Shown one piece after another: positions 30,243-38,757 of a stretch of DNA of 64,000 nucleotides. The first letter of the stretch is position 1, and each line of letters starts with the position of its first letter. Position numbers and translations under genes: made by a program. The notes under the pieces are model-generated. The model saw only the letters and a list, made by a program, of their open reading frames with translations, was not told the origin of the DNA and made no database searches. Source of the DNA: Patescibacteria group bacterium (lineage in GTDB: Bacteria; Patescibacteriota; Minisyncoccia; Portnoybacterales; UBA2143); contig JAHJSM010000001.1 in the NCBI GenBank assembly GCA_018830295.1, positions 129,980 through 193,979 of the forward strand. Direction: 5' to 3'.

Positions 30243-30745
30243 ATCTTACACTTCAACTCCTTCAACGCCCTATGAATCAACACCCTAACCGTTCCTTCGG
30301 GCTTTTCTAAAATTTGGGCGATTTCCTTGTTTGAAAAGTCATCCAAATAGCGCCAAATGATAATATTTTGATATTTATTCTCAATCTGACCAAGCGCCTT
30401 TTTTACTTCCTCCACATCAGAATCTATATTCAATCGGCTGTTTAAATCAAATTTATCTTCAATTTTAGATAAAATACTGTCTTCTGGGTCCATAATAAGA
30501 TCCGTCCGCGATTTTTTGCGATAAAAATCAATCACCAAATTATTGGCTATTTTATAAAGCAAAGCCCTTGGATTCTCAATAACTGTCTTATCCGAGCCGT
30601 CTTCCGAGACATTCCGCCAAAAACGCAAAAAAACCTCCGAAGTCAAATCCTCCGAGTCCCGAGGCGAACTAACCTTCAAGTAAACAAAACGATAAATCCG
30701 CCCCGCATACCTATCATAAATTTTAACAAACTCCCTCTTCTTCAT
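30203..30745 (-). CDS. ECF (sigma-70 group 4) RNA polymerase sigma factor
   Basis: IYRFVY...SEDLTSEVF, LYKIANNLVIDFYRK, KEIAQIL..PEGTVRVLIHRAL. Confidence 0.93.
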   Translation of the reverse strand: MKKREFVKIYDRYAGRIYRFVYLKVSSPRDSEDLTSEVFLRFWRNVSEDGSDKTVIENPRALLYKIANNLVIDFYRKKSRTDLIMDPEDSILSKIEDKFDLNSRLNIDSDVEEVKKALGQIENKYQNIIIWRYLDDFSNKEIAQILEKPEGTVRVLIHRALKELKCKMGAAPVAGAAPDA

Positions 30746-30754
30746 AGGTTTAGA

Positions 30755-30832
30755 GGGGGGGCAGCCCCCGTTTTTGCGGGGGCAGCCCCCCGATTGGAGA
30801 AGGGGGCTGCCCCCGTTGCGGGGGCAGCCCCC
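30755..30832. repeat. REP family A cluster downstream of RAYT
   Basis: Two CAG-type arms at 30755-30791 and a full copy at 30802-30832. Confidence 0.9.
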
Positions 30833-30838
30833 AAGAAA

Positions 30839-31408
30839 CTATTCAAAATCAAGTTTTTCCTTAATTTGAAGGTCAACTACCTCCTCTTCTGTAACTCGTT
30901 TATACCATTCCGGCGAATTATCCCCCATTATCACCTCTTTGTCGCAAAGCGTTCCTTCGCGCGCTCCGATATAGTCGGGATAACTTGACCATTGATAATC
31001 CTCCAACTTACTAACCAAACCCGCAGAAAGAGGATTTAGGTGAATATATGACGAAAGATGCAGAAGATATTCATCTTTATCAATAATCTTACACCCGAAT
31101 CGACCTTGAAAAAGATGCCCTGTTTTACTATATTTCTTGTTGAAATACATTGAATAACTTGTATGTAAAGATGAAACGAACTTGGAAATAGGCGTTTCTG
31201 TATTTTGCCTTATTGCTAAATGAATGTGATTAGGCATTAAGCAATAAAAAACAATTGTAACATTATATTTTTTGTTATATTCTCTTGCTTTCTTTAAATA
31301 AAAAATATAATCTTCTTCATCTAAAAAGATATCTTTTTTATTATTACCACGATTATAAACATGGTAATACGCTCCTTCATAGTAAATTCTTGGTTTATAT
31401 TCTGCCAT
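30839..31408 (-). mobile_element. rayT: REP-associated tyrosine transposase (RAYT, HUH/Y1 family)
   Basis: YYHVYNRGNNKKDIF, YCLMPNHIHL (HUH), GHLFQGRF, YIHLNP..AGLV, YQWSSY; REPs on both sides; start set at MAEYKPR because the longer ORF start reads through a REP. Confidence 0.9.
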
Positions 31409-31417
31409 ATGTATTTT

Positions 31418-31471
31418 GGGGGCTGCCCCCGTTGCGGGGGCAGCCCCCATTTCCACGCGGGGGCTGCCCCC
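31418..31471. repeat. REP family A upstream of RAYT (full 31418-31448, solo 31459-31471)
   Basis: Exact arm sequences. Confidence 0.9.
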
Positions 31472-31527
31472 AATTGTTTTCTATACAGTATAGGCGAAAA
31501 GAGATAAAACAGCAAGAGTTTTGTTCA

Positions 31528-34500
31528 TTACTCCCCAAATGCGTACAAAGTTCCGTCGTCGGAGGCGATGTAGATTGTTCCTGTGGAATCAATCGCGGCT
31601 CCTTGGGAAATGACATCGTTTAATTCTTCGGATTGCCATTTGAGAGAGCCGTCGGGGTTAACCGCGTAAAATGTTTTGCTGTTGGAACCGATGTAAATTG
31701 TTCCTTCCTTGTCAATGATTGGCGAGGCGTGAATTTTTCCTTGCGCGTTGAAAGTCCACTTAGTGCTATCATCTGTCTTATTTAAGGCGTGAAGATAATA
31801 ATCATGACTGCCAACATAGATCACATCTTGCCCAACGACTGGTATTGAATTACTAATCTCGCCAACCTGAACAAGATTAGACCATTTTAGACCACCATCA
31901 GATGAATTGAGAGCGTATAAACCATAAATACCGCCAACAAAAATTGTTCCATTATCATCCAAAGCGGGGGCGGTATCAAATGTGCTTGAAGCGCTTTTCC
32001 AAACGATGCTTCCGTCTTGAGGGTTAAGGGCGTAGACATTTCTACTGTTGTCGCCAGGACCTATTTGGCTAACAGTATAAATAATTCCATCTGAATCCAA
32101 AACTGGCGCTTTGACCCAATCTCCATTACTTAAATCCTGATTTTGCCAAACTAATTCTCCGTTGGGATTGAGGGCGTAAAGACCGTATTTAGAGCCGACA
32201 TAGATGGTTCCGTCGGAGGTGATTGTTGGTGAGGAGCCGTCGTGAATATTGTATTTCCATTTTAATTGGCCTTCTGAAGATAAAGCGTATAGATAATGAT
32301 AATTGTCAGATATGTAAATTGTTCCATCCGAAGCGATGGCGGGCGTCTGGATGGTTCCTATGGTTTGAGTGTTATAAAACAATTCCGCTGTTCCTGTGGC
32401 GTTGTCAAAGCTAACTTTGTAGAGGTTGCCGCTGCCTGCGCCGATATATATTTCCCCCTTCAAACCAATAACAGGAGACGATGGGCTGCTGCTTCCTAAA
32501 ATTATTTCCCTCGGAGTACTGGTCGGAGTTCCTGTAGCTGTTCCCGTATTAGAACTTAATCCGCTATGCCGGATATCGCCTTGAAGCATAGGCCAAGCCG
32601 TGTCGGCTAATTCAGGGAAGACAGCGTCTGGCTCAATTAAACTTAAAGAATTTTGCGGATTGGGAACGGTTTGCAAAACAAAGTCCTGACTGTTGTCATC
32701 TCTGTCTATATTATTCCCGCTCCAATGATGCGCGCCGTTGACCGCCAAAAGTTCCGCCGTAGAACTAGCAAATGCTTGGCGTTCTAAACTACCCCAAGGA
32801 AAACTATCAGTATCAACTGGCTTTCCCTCCGCTCCCAAACTATCTTTTCCCCAAGCGATCAAATCAACTGTTTCGTTATCACTTTTTAATAACTTGATTT
32901 TGCCTCCTGCGGCGGATAGATCTAAATAAGTCGGATCGCCCGTGGAAAGAGCCATGGCCGTCAAATCTGGCTCCATACCATAAGAATAACCAGCAGAACT
33001 AGTAGCGGAAGTTAAGAGATAATAACTATGGCTGGGTAAGTTGAAATTAGGCAAGGAACTAGTTGCTTCGCCGTCAACATTAAAATATATGCGATACCAA
33101 GTAGTAGTTGATTGAGACGAAGCGCGTCGCATAGACCAACCGCTCAAATTGATTGGATCATTGGTTGGGTTGTACAATTCAATAAATTCGTCGGTCTTGC
33201 GGCTATCGCCCAGCTGAACGGATATTTCGCTAATAACTATATTCTCCGCTATGGCTGATGGGCTGGAAGAGGCGATATTGGAAATTTCAGAAAGATTTCC
33301 CATATCATCTTCGGACTTTATTGCCCAGTAATATGTTTTGCTTGGCGTTAAGTTAGATATAGTTAAATTTTCCGTGCTGCTCGCGGAAGACGGCGACGGC
33401 TCGCCGACAATATCAGTTGAAGACGCCCAGTTGAGAGCGGTGATTTCGTAGGAAGTGGAGTATCTGATGATGTATGACGAAACAACGATGCTGTCACCCG
33501 GGGCAGTCCAGGAGAGGGCGACTGTCCCTCGGGTGACTCCCGAAGTTGCTGACAAGTCGGAAACAACCGACGGGGGAGTCGTGTCAACAATTAAATTTAG
33601 CAATACATCCTCGCTTTCGTTTTGAGCCGCGTCAATCGCTTTTACGGCGAGATTGTTTTCGCCTTCCAATAAATCAAGAATGCAATCCCAATCGCCCAAT
33701 CCGTCCGCGGTTGTCGTTGCTGCCGTTGTTGAGGCGAGGGAGACAGAAACAAGAAAACCAGGTGAAGATGTTCCAATCAAATTGATTTGATTAAAACCCA
33801 AAATATCCCCCGAAGCATGAGATGTGATGGAGACCACGGGAACGGAGACGGGGGCTGCCCCCGCAACGGGGGCAGCCCCCGATGCCCCACCCCCAATCGG
33901 AAAAGAAAATCCAAAAGGATGAGGAGACGGAACCGCTGGCTCTTCTTCTACCTCTTCTTCAATTTTCTCTTCTTCAACAATAATTATTTCCTCTATTTTC
34001 TCTACCTCTTTTACTTCTTTTATTACTTCAACTTCTTTTATTTCCTTTACTTCTTCTATCACTTCTACCTTCTCTATTACTTCTACCTTCTCTATCACTT
34101 CTATATTTTTTACTTCCTTAACAACAGGATTATTAACCAATGCCCCGCCAATTCCTGCTGATTGAAATGTTAAACCATTATTTCCGCCAAATAGTTCATC
34201 CCAAAAATTCCCAACAACCTCCATCACATATCCAGCATTTATCGGTCTTGTTTCTTCGGGATTGTAATACATAGATTGTTCCCAAGGATATTTAGATGTT
34301 CCGCCGCCTAATTCAATAACAAAAATACTTTTGCTCGCTTCTATTTCTTTGCTTTTGCCAAGTTTTGCCAAATGAAGCAAATCTATTCCTAATATGGGCG
34401 ACTTTGTTAGAGTTATCGCGCCATTAAATTGAGCAATATATTCCTGTGTTATTTCTTTTAGTTTGTAATTGTTATACGCGATTTTATAGCCGTCTTTACT

Positions 34501-35094
34501 CCATTTTTCTATTCTATCCCACATAAAAAAATTACAAATCTCATCACCTTCCTCATCAACACAAACAGCGTGCGAACCATTGGCAACATAAGCCCAAATA
34601 TGATTTGTTTTAGGACTTTCAATTTCTGTATCAAAGGTTTTTCTATGATGAGCCGTTCCAACTGTTCTAATAACTTCTTTTGTTTCTTTATCAACAAAGA
34701 CAAAGACCGCTTCCCAGTCGCTATAGTGTTTATTTTTAACTGTTACTGGATTATTATTGAAAACAAAAAAAGTCCAATACTCATAAACCCAATGGTCGCC
34801 CTCGTCTTCTATGTGGTAGAAAACGACAATATTGTTGGTTTTTTCAGCAAAAGAGAGATTATTATATTTCGCTCTAGCTTCCGCTCCTTCAATTTCTTCT
34901 CCGTTGACAAAATAAAAATCCAACGGGTCGGTTGGATAATATTGCTCATCAGGGTCAAATTGAAAATTAGGCGCGTAATTTAAGACAGAAGGAGGATTAT
35001 TCCCGTCATTCTGCCCCAAAACAAAAAAAGCAATCGAGCAAATAAAAAAAACAAAAAGTAAGATATATGACTTTGGAAAATAAAAGTTTTTCAT
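31528..35094 (-). CDS. Large secreted multidomain protein: Vps62/NPP1-like N-domain, acidic repeat linker, Ig-like, FN3, lamin-tail domain, PQQ-like beta-propeller
   Basis: YEYWTFF...HYSDWE...GSHA; LSWTAPGD; IVISEI...DEFIELYNPT; WPMLQGD..HSG and DGTIYxGS...LYAL...G.LKW repeats; start set at MKNFYFPK after the REPs. Confidence 0.75.
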   Translation of the reverse strand: MKNFYFPKSYILLFVFFICSIAFFVLGQNDGNNPPSVLNYAPNFQFDPDEQYYPTDPLDFYFVNGEEIEGAEARAKYNNLSFAEKTNNIVVFYHIEDEGDHWVYEYWTFFVFNNNPVTVKNKHYSDWEAVFVFVDKETKEVIRTVGTAHHRKTFDTEIESPKTNHIWAYVANGSHAVCVDEEGDEICNFFMWDRIEKWSKDGYKIAYNNYKLKEITQEYIAQFNGAITLTKSPILGIDLLHLAKLGKSKEIEASKSIFVIELGGGTSKYPWEQSMYYNPEETRPINAGYVMEVVGNFWDELFGGNNGLTFQSAGIGGALVNNPVVKEVKNIEVIEKVEVIEKVEVIEEVKEIKEVEVIKEVKEVEKIEEIIIVEEEKIEEEVEEEPAVPSPHPFGFSFPIGGGASGAAPVAGAAPVSVPVVSITSHASGDILGFNQINLIGTSSPGFLVSVSLASTTAATTTADGLGDWDCILDLLEGENNLAVKAIDAAQNESEDVLLNLIVDTTPPSVVSDLSATSGVTRGTVALSWTAPGDSIVVSSYIIRYSTSYEITALNWASSTDIVGEPSPSSASSTENLTISNLTPSKTYYWAIKSEDDMGNLSEISNIASSSPSAIAENIVISEISVQLGDSRKTDEFIELYNPTNDPINLSGWSMRRASSQSTTTWYRIYFNVDGEATSSLPNFNLPSHSYYLLTSATSSAGYSYGMEPDLTAMALSTGDPTYLDLSAAGGKIKLLKSDNETVDLIAWGKDSLGAEGKPVDTDSFPWGSLERQAFASSTAELLAVNGAHHWSGNNIDRDDNSQDFVLQTVPNPQNSLSLIEPDAVFPELADTAWPMLQGDIRHSGLSSNTGTATGTPTSTPREIILGSSSPSSPVIGLKGEIYIGAGSGNLYKVSFDNATGTAELFYNTQTIGTIQTPAIASDGTIYISDNYHYLYALSSEGQLKWKYNIHDGSSPTITSDGTIYVGSKYGLYALNPNGELVWQNQDLSNGDWVKAPVLDSDGIIYTVSQIGPGDNSRNVYALNPQDGSIVWKSASSTFDTAPALDDNGTIFVGGIYGLYALNSSDGGLKWSNLVQVGEISNSIPVVGQDVIYVGSHDYYLHALNKTDDSTKWTFNAQGKIHASPIIDKEGTIYIGSNSKTFYAVNPDGSLKWQSEELNDVISQGAAIDSTGTIYIASDDGTLYAFGE
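33850..33880. repeat. REP family A inside CDS, in frame
   Basis: GGGGGCTGCCCCC-GCAAC-GGGGGCAGCCCCC translated as GAAPVAGAAP. Confidence 0.9.
33940..34125. repeat. Degenerate 9/18 bp coding tandem repeat
   Basis: ACTTCTACCTTCTCTAT(C/T) units encoding IEVIEKVEVIEKVEVIEEVKEIKEV; limits approximate. Confidence 0.7.
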
Positions 35095-35105
35095 CCAGGA
35101 TCTTT

Positions 35106-35160
35106 GGGGGCTGCCCCCGTTGCGGGGGCAGCCCCCTTCCCCAAATCGGGGGCTGCCCCC
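35106..35160. repeat. REP family A (full 35106-35136, solo 35148-35160)
   Basis: Exact arm sequences, intergenic. Confidence 0.9.
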
Positions 35161-35165
35161 TTTAT

Positions 35166-35798
35166 CTAATTCTCGCTGCCCCAAACTCCCCACCCCAAAA
35201 ACACCCCAAAAATAGCGCTCATTAAAGAAAAAGTTAATAGATAACTAATCATTTGACAATCAAACAAAAAACCAAACGAATTTCCAATCACAGGCGCGAT
35301 TAAGGAGCCAAGAGCGAATCCAACCCCGCCTCTCCAAGTCAAAGACCATTTTTTAAGTTTGAAGAATAGGGAGTAGAGAAAACTGACAATAATGCCCATT
35401 ATGAAGAAAAATAGCCAAAAGTCGCCTACTGTAATATTTGGATCTAAATTCAAAAACTTATTAAATGTCGCAGCGCTTGCAAGTGGCTCCATAAAAAAAC
35501 TTGAGAGATAAATTCCAATAAGATACAAAGGATACTGGAATATCGCCGTCACAATAAATCCAATCACCAATCCCACAAAAACAACTAAAACCGACACTGC
35601 CATTTTCTTCGCGCTTTTCGAAAACCATTGCAAAGCAATTCCGCCGAATATACTTAAAGCGATAGCAAATGAGTAATGAAAAGTATATTCTATATCAGGA
35701 ATTCCCATATACATCACCACCCCCCAAATCAACCCGCCTAAACCAAACCCCAACGCGACGGTCAATAAATACTTCTTTAACGATATTATGTTGTCCAT
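35166..35798 (-). CDS. Hypothetical polytopic membrane protein
   Basis: About six Gly-rich hydrophobic helices. Confidence 0.7.
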   Translation of the reverse strand: MDNIISLKKYLLTVALGFGLGGLIWGVVMYMGIPDIEYTFHYSFAIALSIFGGIALQWFSKSAKKMAVSVLVVFVGLVIGFIVTAIFQYPLYLIGIYLSSFFMEPLASAATFNKFLNLDPNITVGDFWLFFFIMGIIVSFLYSLFFKLKKWSLTWRGGVGFALGSLIAPVIGNSFGFLFDCQMISYLLTFSLMSAIFGVFLGWGVWGSEN

Positions 35799-35834
35799 AA
35801 AATTCTCCTTTCTTTTTAATTTTAACTTTTAATC

Positions 35835-35869
35835 GGGGACAGTCCCCATTCAAAATGGGGACTGTCCCC
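35835..35869. repeat. REP family B
   Basis: GGGGACAGTCCCC-ATTCAAAAT-GGGGACTGTCCCC. Confidence 0.85.
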
Positions 35870-35974
35870 AAAAGATATATCCCTATCCCAATGAAATGAT
35901 TTGAAATCCTTTTTCTCCCATTATATCACAAAATCGCTTGCGGAAAAATGGGAGGGTATAACAGCAACAACAAC

Positions 35975-36040
35975 AAGGTCAGACCTTCAGAAAGAGAATT
36001 GAGGTCAGACCTTTTCAGTTTTGAAAGGTCTGACCTCAAT
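35975..36040. repeat. REP family C (solo 35975-35987, full 35998-36040)
   Basis: AAGGTCAGACCTT; ATTGAGGTCAGACCTTT-N9-AAAGGTCTGACCTCAAT perfect 17 bp inverted repeat. Confidence 0.8.
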
Positions 36041-36066
36041 GCTTCTTAACCCAAGGATTTTTTTTA

Positions 36067-36801
36067 TTAAAACCCTGCAAATAATTTGATTTGACTGGAG
36101 GGGATTGTTTCAATGAGGCCTTTTTGGTCTACTAGGTTTAGACCGATGACCTCGCCCTTGATATTAACCAACGGACCGCCATTGGCTGAAGAATTTTGCT
36201 CAGTTAAATTGATTTTGAGAATTTTCGCGTAAATACTTCTAATGATGCCTAAATTAACAAAACGATTTAACCCTTCTTCTGTTAATTCGGCGCCTATTAA
36301 AATAATCCTCTGTCCTAATCGCAAGTCCTCAAAATCAACAAAAGAAACGACTGGCAAATTACTCTCGCCTATTTTAAGCAAAGCCAGATTACTTCCCACG
36401 TCTTTTTTCACGACTTCCGCCGCCAAAGAATGACTATTTCTAAAAATTAAATACCGGTCGGCTTTAGTGGAAATATTGTCAGCCGCCGTTATAATCAAGC
36501 CATCGCTCGCAATCACGAAACCCGAACCCTGACTAATTATTTTCTCCCCTTGAAGCGCCTGGACAATAACCAAGCAAGGTCCGACCTTACTCACGGCGTC
36601 TTCTATCGCCGTATTTTCAGTAATAACAATTTTTTCTGTTGGATTGATAATAGTTGTCCCATTTCCCGATTGATGAATAAATTTAATTTTAGAAAATGAA
36701 GGAATTGTGGAAAGATACGGTAAAAAAAACTGGTCAGCCAAAACGCCGCCCAGCCCTCCAATGACCAAAATTGCGAACAAATTAAAAACTTTTTTACGCA
36801 T
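36067..36801 (-). CDS. HtrA/S1C trypsin-like protease homolog, no PDZ, catalytic residues degenerate
   Basis: GSGFVIASDGLIITAAD, NLALLKI, ANGGPLVNIKGEVIGL. Confidence 0.8.
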   Translation of the reverse strand: MRKKVFNLFAILVIGGLGGVLADQFFLPYLSTIPSFSKIKFIHQSGNGTTIINPTEKIVITENTAIEDAVSKVGPCLVIVQALQGEKIISQGSGFVIASDGLIITAADNISTKADRYLIFRNSHSLAAEVVKKDVGSNLALLKIGESNLPVVSFVDFEDLRLGQRIILIGAELTEEGLNRFVNLGIIRSIYAKILKINLTEQNSSANGGPLVNIKGEVIGLNLVDQKGLIETIPSSQIKLFAGF

Positions 36802-36823
36802 AAACAAGATTTGCCTCAAACGA

Positions 36824-37201
36824 CTACCAATTCAATTCTATCTTGCGGCTAATACTCATATATTCCCCCTTTGAAGTAATAGTATCCGAGCCATTGTAGT
36901 CGGCAGTATATTTCGCGCGAGCGTTAAAGTCAAGACTATCCGCAACAGTTCCCCCGCCAGCAACATCGCATCCAATTCCCATTTCTTTCCTCACCTCATA
37001 CAAACATCTCTCCGCGCCGGCGTCAGCGGCGTAAAGCGCGATGACTGATTGGCCTGTTTGCCCGGCTAATCTAGTCTGCTGGATTGTTAGAGTAGCTATC
37101 CCTATCACAATCGTTGAAATCATACTCAAAACCAAAACCGCCAAAACAATGGAAATCGCCCCTTTTTGAAAATTTTTTTCCACTAGTTGTCTTTTTGCCA
37201 T
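36824..37201 (-). CDS. PilX-like minor pilin
   Basis: QKG-AISIVLAVLVL; ALYAADAGAERCLY. Confidence 0.8.
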   Translation of the reverse strand: MAKRQLVEKNFQKGAISIVLAVLVLSMISTIVIGIATLTIQQTRLAGQTGQSVIALYAADAGAERCLYEVRKEMGIGCDVAGGGTVADSLDFNARAKYTADYNGSDTITSKGEYMSISRKIELNW

Positions 37202-37211
37202 TTATTATATC

Positions 37212-37709
37212 TTAGAACCGCCTTGAAGCAATGGTGCTTTGCAAATCCATTTCAAACTCTTCTTCCACCTGTCCATCTACTGTTCCTATCTTCATGACTG
37301 TCGTAACGAGCGCGCGCGCGGGAAAGGACTCTTTCGTGACATAAAATCCGCCCACCACTTCAAGATCCGAAGGACTTAAATCCTGCCAAACTCCCGCATT
37401 TACTCGCCTTTGAATTTTGTCGCTGGAAAATTGATAATCAATGCTATCTCCATTAGAATTAATAATACTTAAAGAAATCAAACCATCACCTGAAGCTGAA
37501 ATAATTTCGCTCGCTCGGATTTCCTTATTCATTGTTTCTAAAATATAGCCAGCTGATTCTTGAACATTCTGCATCACAAAGACCCTTCGCTGGGTTTTAA
37601 TAACAGAAATAGATATTGTTGACACGCTTAACATAATTAAACTAAAAGTAGCCATAGCCACCAATAACTCAACTAATGTAAATCCGTTCTTTTTATCTTT
37701 GTTTTTCAT
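37212..37709 (-). CDS. PilW-like minor pilin
   Basis: KNG-FTLVELLVAM class III signal. Confidence 0.88.
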   Translation of the reverse strand: MKNKDKKNGFTLVELLVAMATFSLIMLSVSTISISVIKTQRRVFVMQNVQESAGYILETMNKEIRASEIISASGDGLISLSIINSNGDSIDYQFSSDKIQRRVNAGVWQDLSPSDLEVVGGFYVTKESFPARALVTTVMKIGTVDGQVEEEFEMDLQSTIASRRF

Positions 37710-38218
37710 TATTTCCAATTCCATAACCTATCTTCCGCGGTTAGATTCCGCCAAGCGCCGCCCCTTTGCCATTTAACTTCCACAACCACCTTAACTTCAT
37801 CAGAAGATATTTTCGTTAAACTAATTTTACGATAAAATTGACTATTATCGCCTGAATCATATTGATAAAGCCCGCTCACAGTATTAAATTTCAAAGGCAT
37901 TTCAGAAAAAGCCAACAAATTAGGATTGTCGTATTGAACCAAATAATCGCCGCTTAAAACTGTGTCATACCAATCGCTCCAATCCGACTGCGTCCTCCTC
38001 ATATATCTAACCATCTCTATCCCCTCCTGCGCCAAGCCCGAAGCGGTTAATCGCGCTTGACTCAAAGAAGCAGCCCGCAAAGAGGCCTGACTTAAATCTA
38101 AGATGCCAATCATGCCAACGGAAACAATAAAAATCGCGACAATTACGCCGATTAGAGAAAACCCAGATTTGGGGGCTGCCCCCGTTTTAGGGGGCAGCCC
38201 CCAAATAGATACTTTCAT
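37709..38218 (-). CDS. PilV-like minor pilin with REP in leader
   Basis: KSG-FSLIGVIVAI; ASGLAQEGIEMVR; VVVEVKW. Confidence 0.82.
   Translation of the reverse strand: MKVSIWGLPPKTGAAPKSGFSLIGVIVAIFIVSVGMIGILDLSQASLRAASLSQARLTASGLAQEGIEMVRYMRRTQSDWSDWYDTVLSGDYLVQYDNPNLLAFSEMPLKFNTVSGLYQYDSGDNSQFYRKISLTKISSDEVKVVVEVKWQRGGAWRNLTAEDRLWNWK
38171..38202. repeat. REP family A inside prepilin leader
   Basis: GGGGGCTGCCCCC-GTTTTA-GGGGGCAGCCCCC. Confidence 0.9.
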
Positions 38219-38224
38219 ATAGTT

Positions 38225-38752
38225 CTACTCAACTTGAATCAACCCAGCTGTGGTAACCCGAATCGTCTTAGATAAGGAAGAATTTGTAACCTTTAACGAG
38301 ATAGTCCCCGAAAGACCTGGCGTATTATTGCCGTTAATATAGGTGGTTGGCTGGGGCGGTTCAAAAAATATGCTCATTTTCCCGGCAGGCGTTGAAACCG
38401 AATCTACCTCAACGCCTTGAGGAAACAAGGAAACTTCTTCGATAATATCGTCCGATGACTGGTAAGTTGAATTATCGTTTACATCCCCGTAGATAATATA
38501 ATACGAATCGCCTTCTTCAAGATAAACGCCGTAGCCGTAATAGGCGCCCGCGATGTCAAAACCGCTCAAAGCCATATTTTGCGCTTTTCTAATATCGGAA
38601 ACCAATTTCTGAACGGACTGAGCCAAAATATATTTTCTTTGGCCTTGCCTGTAATTTGCTAAAGTGATGGCGGAGATTAAGCTGATAATGAACATTACTA
38701 CTAATAATTCCGTCATTGAAAAACCTCTCTCTCGCCAAAAAATATTTTTCAT
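38225..38752 (-). CDS. FimT/FimU-like minor pilin
   Basis: ERG-FSMTELLVVM; SDIRKAQNMAL; start set at MKNIFW. Confidence 0.85.
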   Translation of the reverse strand: MKNIFWRERGFSMTELLVVMFIISLISAITLANYRQGQRKYILAQSVQKLVSDIRKAQNMALSGFDIAGAYYGYGVYLEEGDSYYIIYGDVNDNSTYQSSDDIIEEVSLFPQGVEVDSVSTPAGKMSIFFEPPQPTTYINGNNTPGLSGTISLKVTNSSLSKTIRVTTAGLIQVE

Positions 38753-38757
38753 AATTT

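Noticed and set aside
30116-30988. Short plus-strand ORFs with GAAPVAGAAP (30116-30310, 30794-30988)
   Set aside because: Products of stop-free GC-rich REP sequence, antisense to real genes
30839-31456. IS200/IS605 element with TnpB
   Set aside because: No tnpB; motifs and flanking repeats fit RAYT
29273-31471. REP clusters as a CRISPR array
   Set aside because: Irregular spacing, mixed orientation, no unique 30-40 nt spacers, no cas genes
35095-35193. N-terminal 33 aa of the 1221 aa ORF
   Set aside because: Reads through REPs and overlaps the upstream gene; signal peptide begins at 35094
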